NCBI GenBank assembly: GCA_963668695.2
Contig: CAXXLQ010000004.1
Coordinates: forward strand, 1,120,001 to 1,184,000
Length of the DNA: 64,000 nucleotides
From: Vicinamibacteria bacterium
GTDB lineage: Bacteria; Acidobacteriota; Vicinamibacteria; Marinacidobacterales; Marinacidobacteraceae
Reading direction: 5' to 3'
This document shows positions 63,742-64,000 of this stretch, in pieces. The translations under genes were made by a program, and so were the position numbers. Each line of letters begins with the position of its first letter. Position 1 is the first letter of the stretch. The notes beneath the pieces were generated by a model. The model saw only the letters and a list, made by a program, of their open reading frames with translations. It did not search any database and had not been told where the DNA came from.

Positions 63742-64000
63742 CGGCTGCCTCCTTGAACGCTGGAGGGGCGATCACGCTTGTGACCAGCGTATCGAGCTCG
63801 GCCACTGGATCGGCAAGATGCTTCGCCCGGCGTCCGAGCGCGACGATCGTCTCGCGCGCGGGAAGCGGCATGGCGCGCAGTTCGGTGGCGCTTACCTGGG
63901 TGTTGCCGTTGACCGCTCGGAACCAGGTGTCGAGGAGGCGGCTGTTGTAGAGCGCCGCCAGACCCCAGGCCTCGTCCTCCGAGAGTTGGCCTCCGGGCCG
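63734..64000 (-). CDS. BsuBI/PstI-type DNA adenine methyltransferase, C-terminus (5' end outside window)
   Basis: Manual translation: GLAALYNSRLLDTWFRAVNGNTQVSATELRAMPLP...EAAVG*. Confidence 0.75.
   Translation of the reverse strand, partial: RPGGQLSEDEAWGLAALYNSRLLDTWFRAVNGNTQVSATELRAMPLPARETIVALGRRAKHLADPVAELDTLVTSVIAPPAFKEAAVG

Overview
High-GC bacterial chromosome segment. Gene content (TonB receptor, Tat/lipoprotein substrates, tricorn protease, PQQ-type propeller, many amidohydrolases) suggests a diderm heterotroph, possibly Acidobacteriota-like; this taxonomy is inference only. About 55 genes, dominated by peptide/amide hydrolases, plus a P450/radical SAM/halogenase-like/acyl-CoA ligase run, a steroid 5-alpha-reductase pair, ACC deaminase, a B3 metallo-beta-lactamase, two complete TA pairs and one orphan antitoxin, glmS, and remnants of two restriction-modification systems. 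Three long genes each carry one frameshift. Intergenic DNA is rich in REP-like palindromes and MITE-like elements. The most unusual non-coding features are a 1.1-kb two-part 32-bp tandem array next to orphan IS ends (53302-54469), a structured non-canonical glmS leader (60771-60912), and two short duplicated gene fragments that bracket accessory cargo. No rRNA, tRNA, CRISPR array or intact transposase was recognised.
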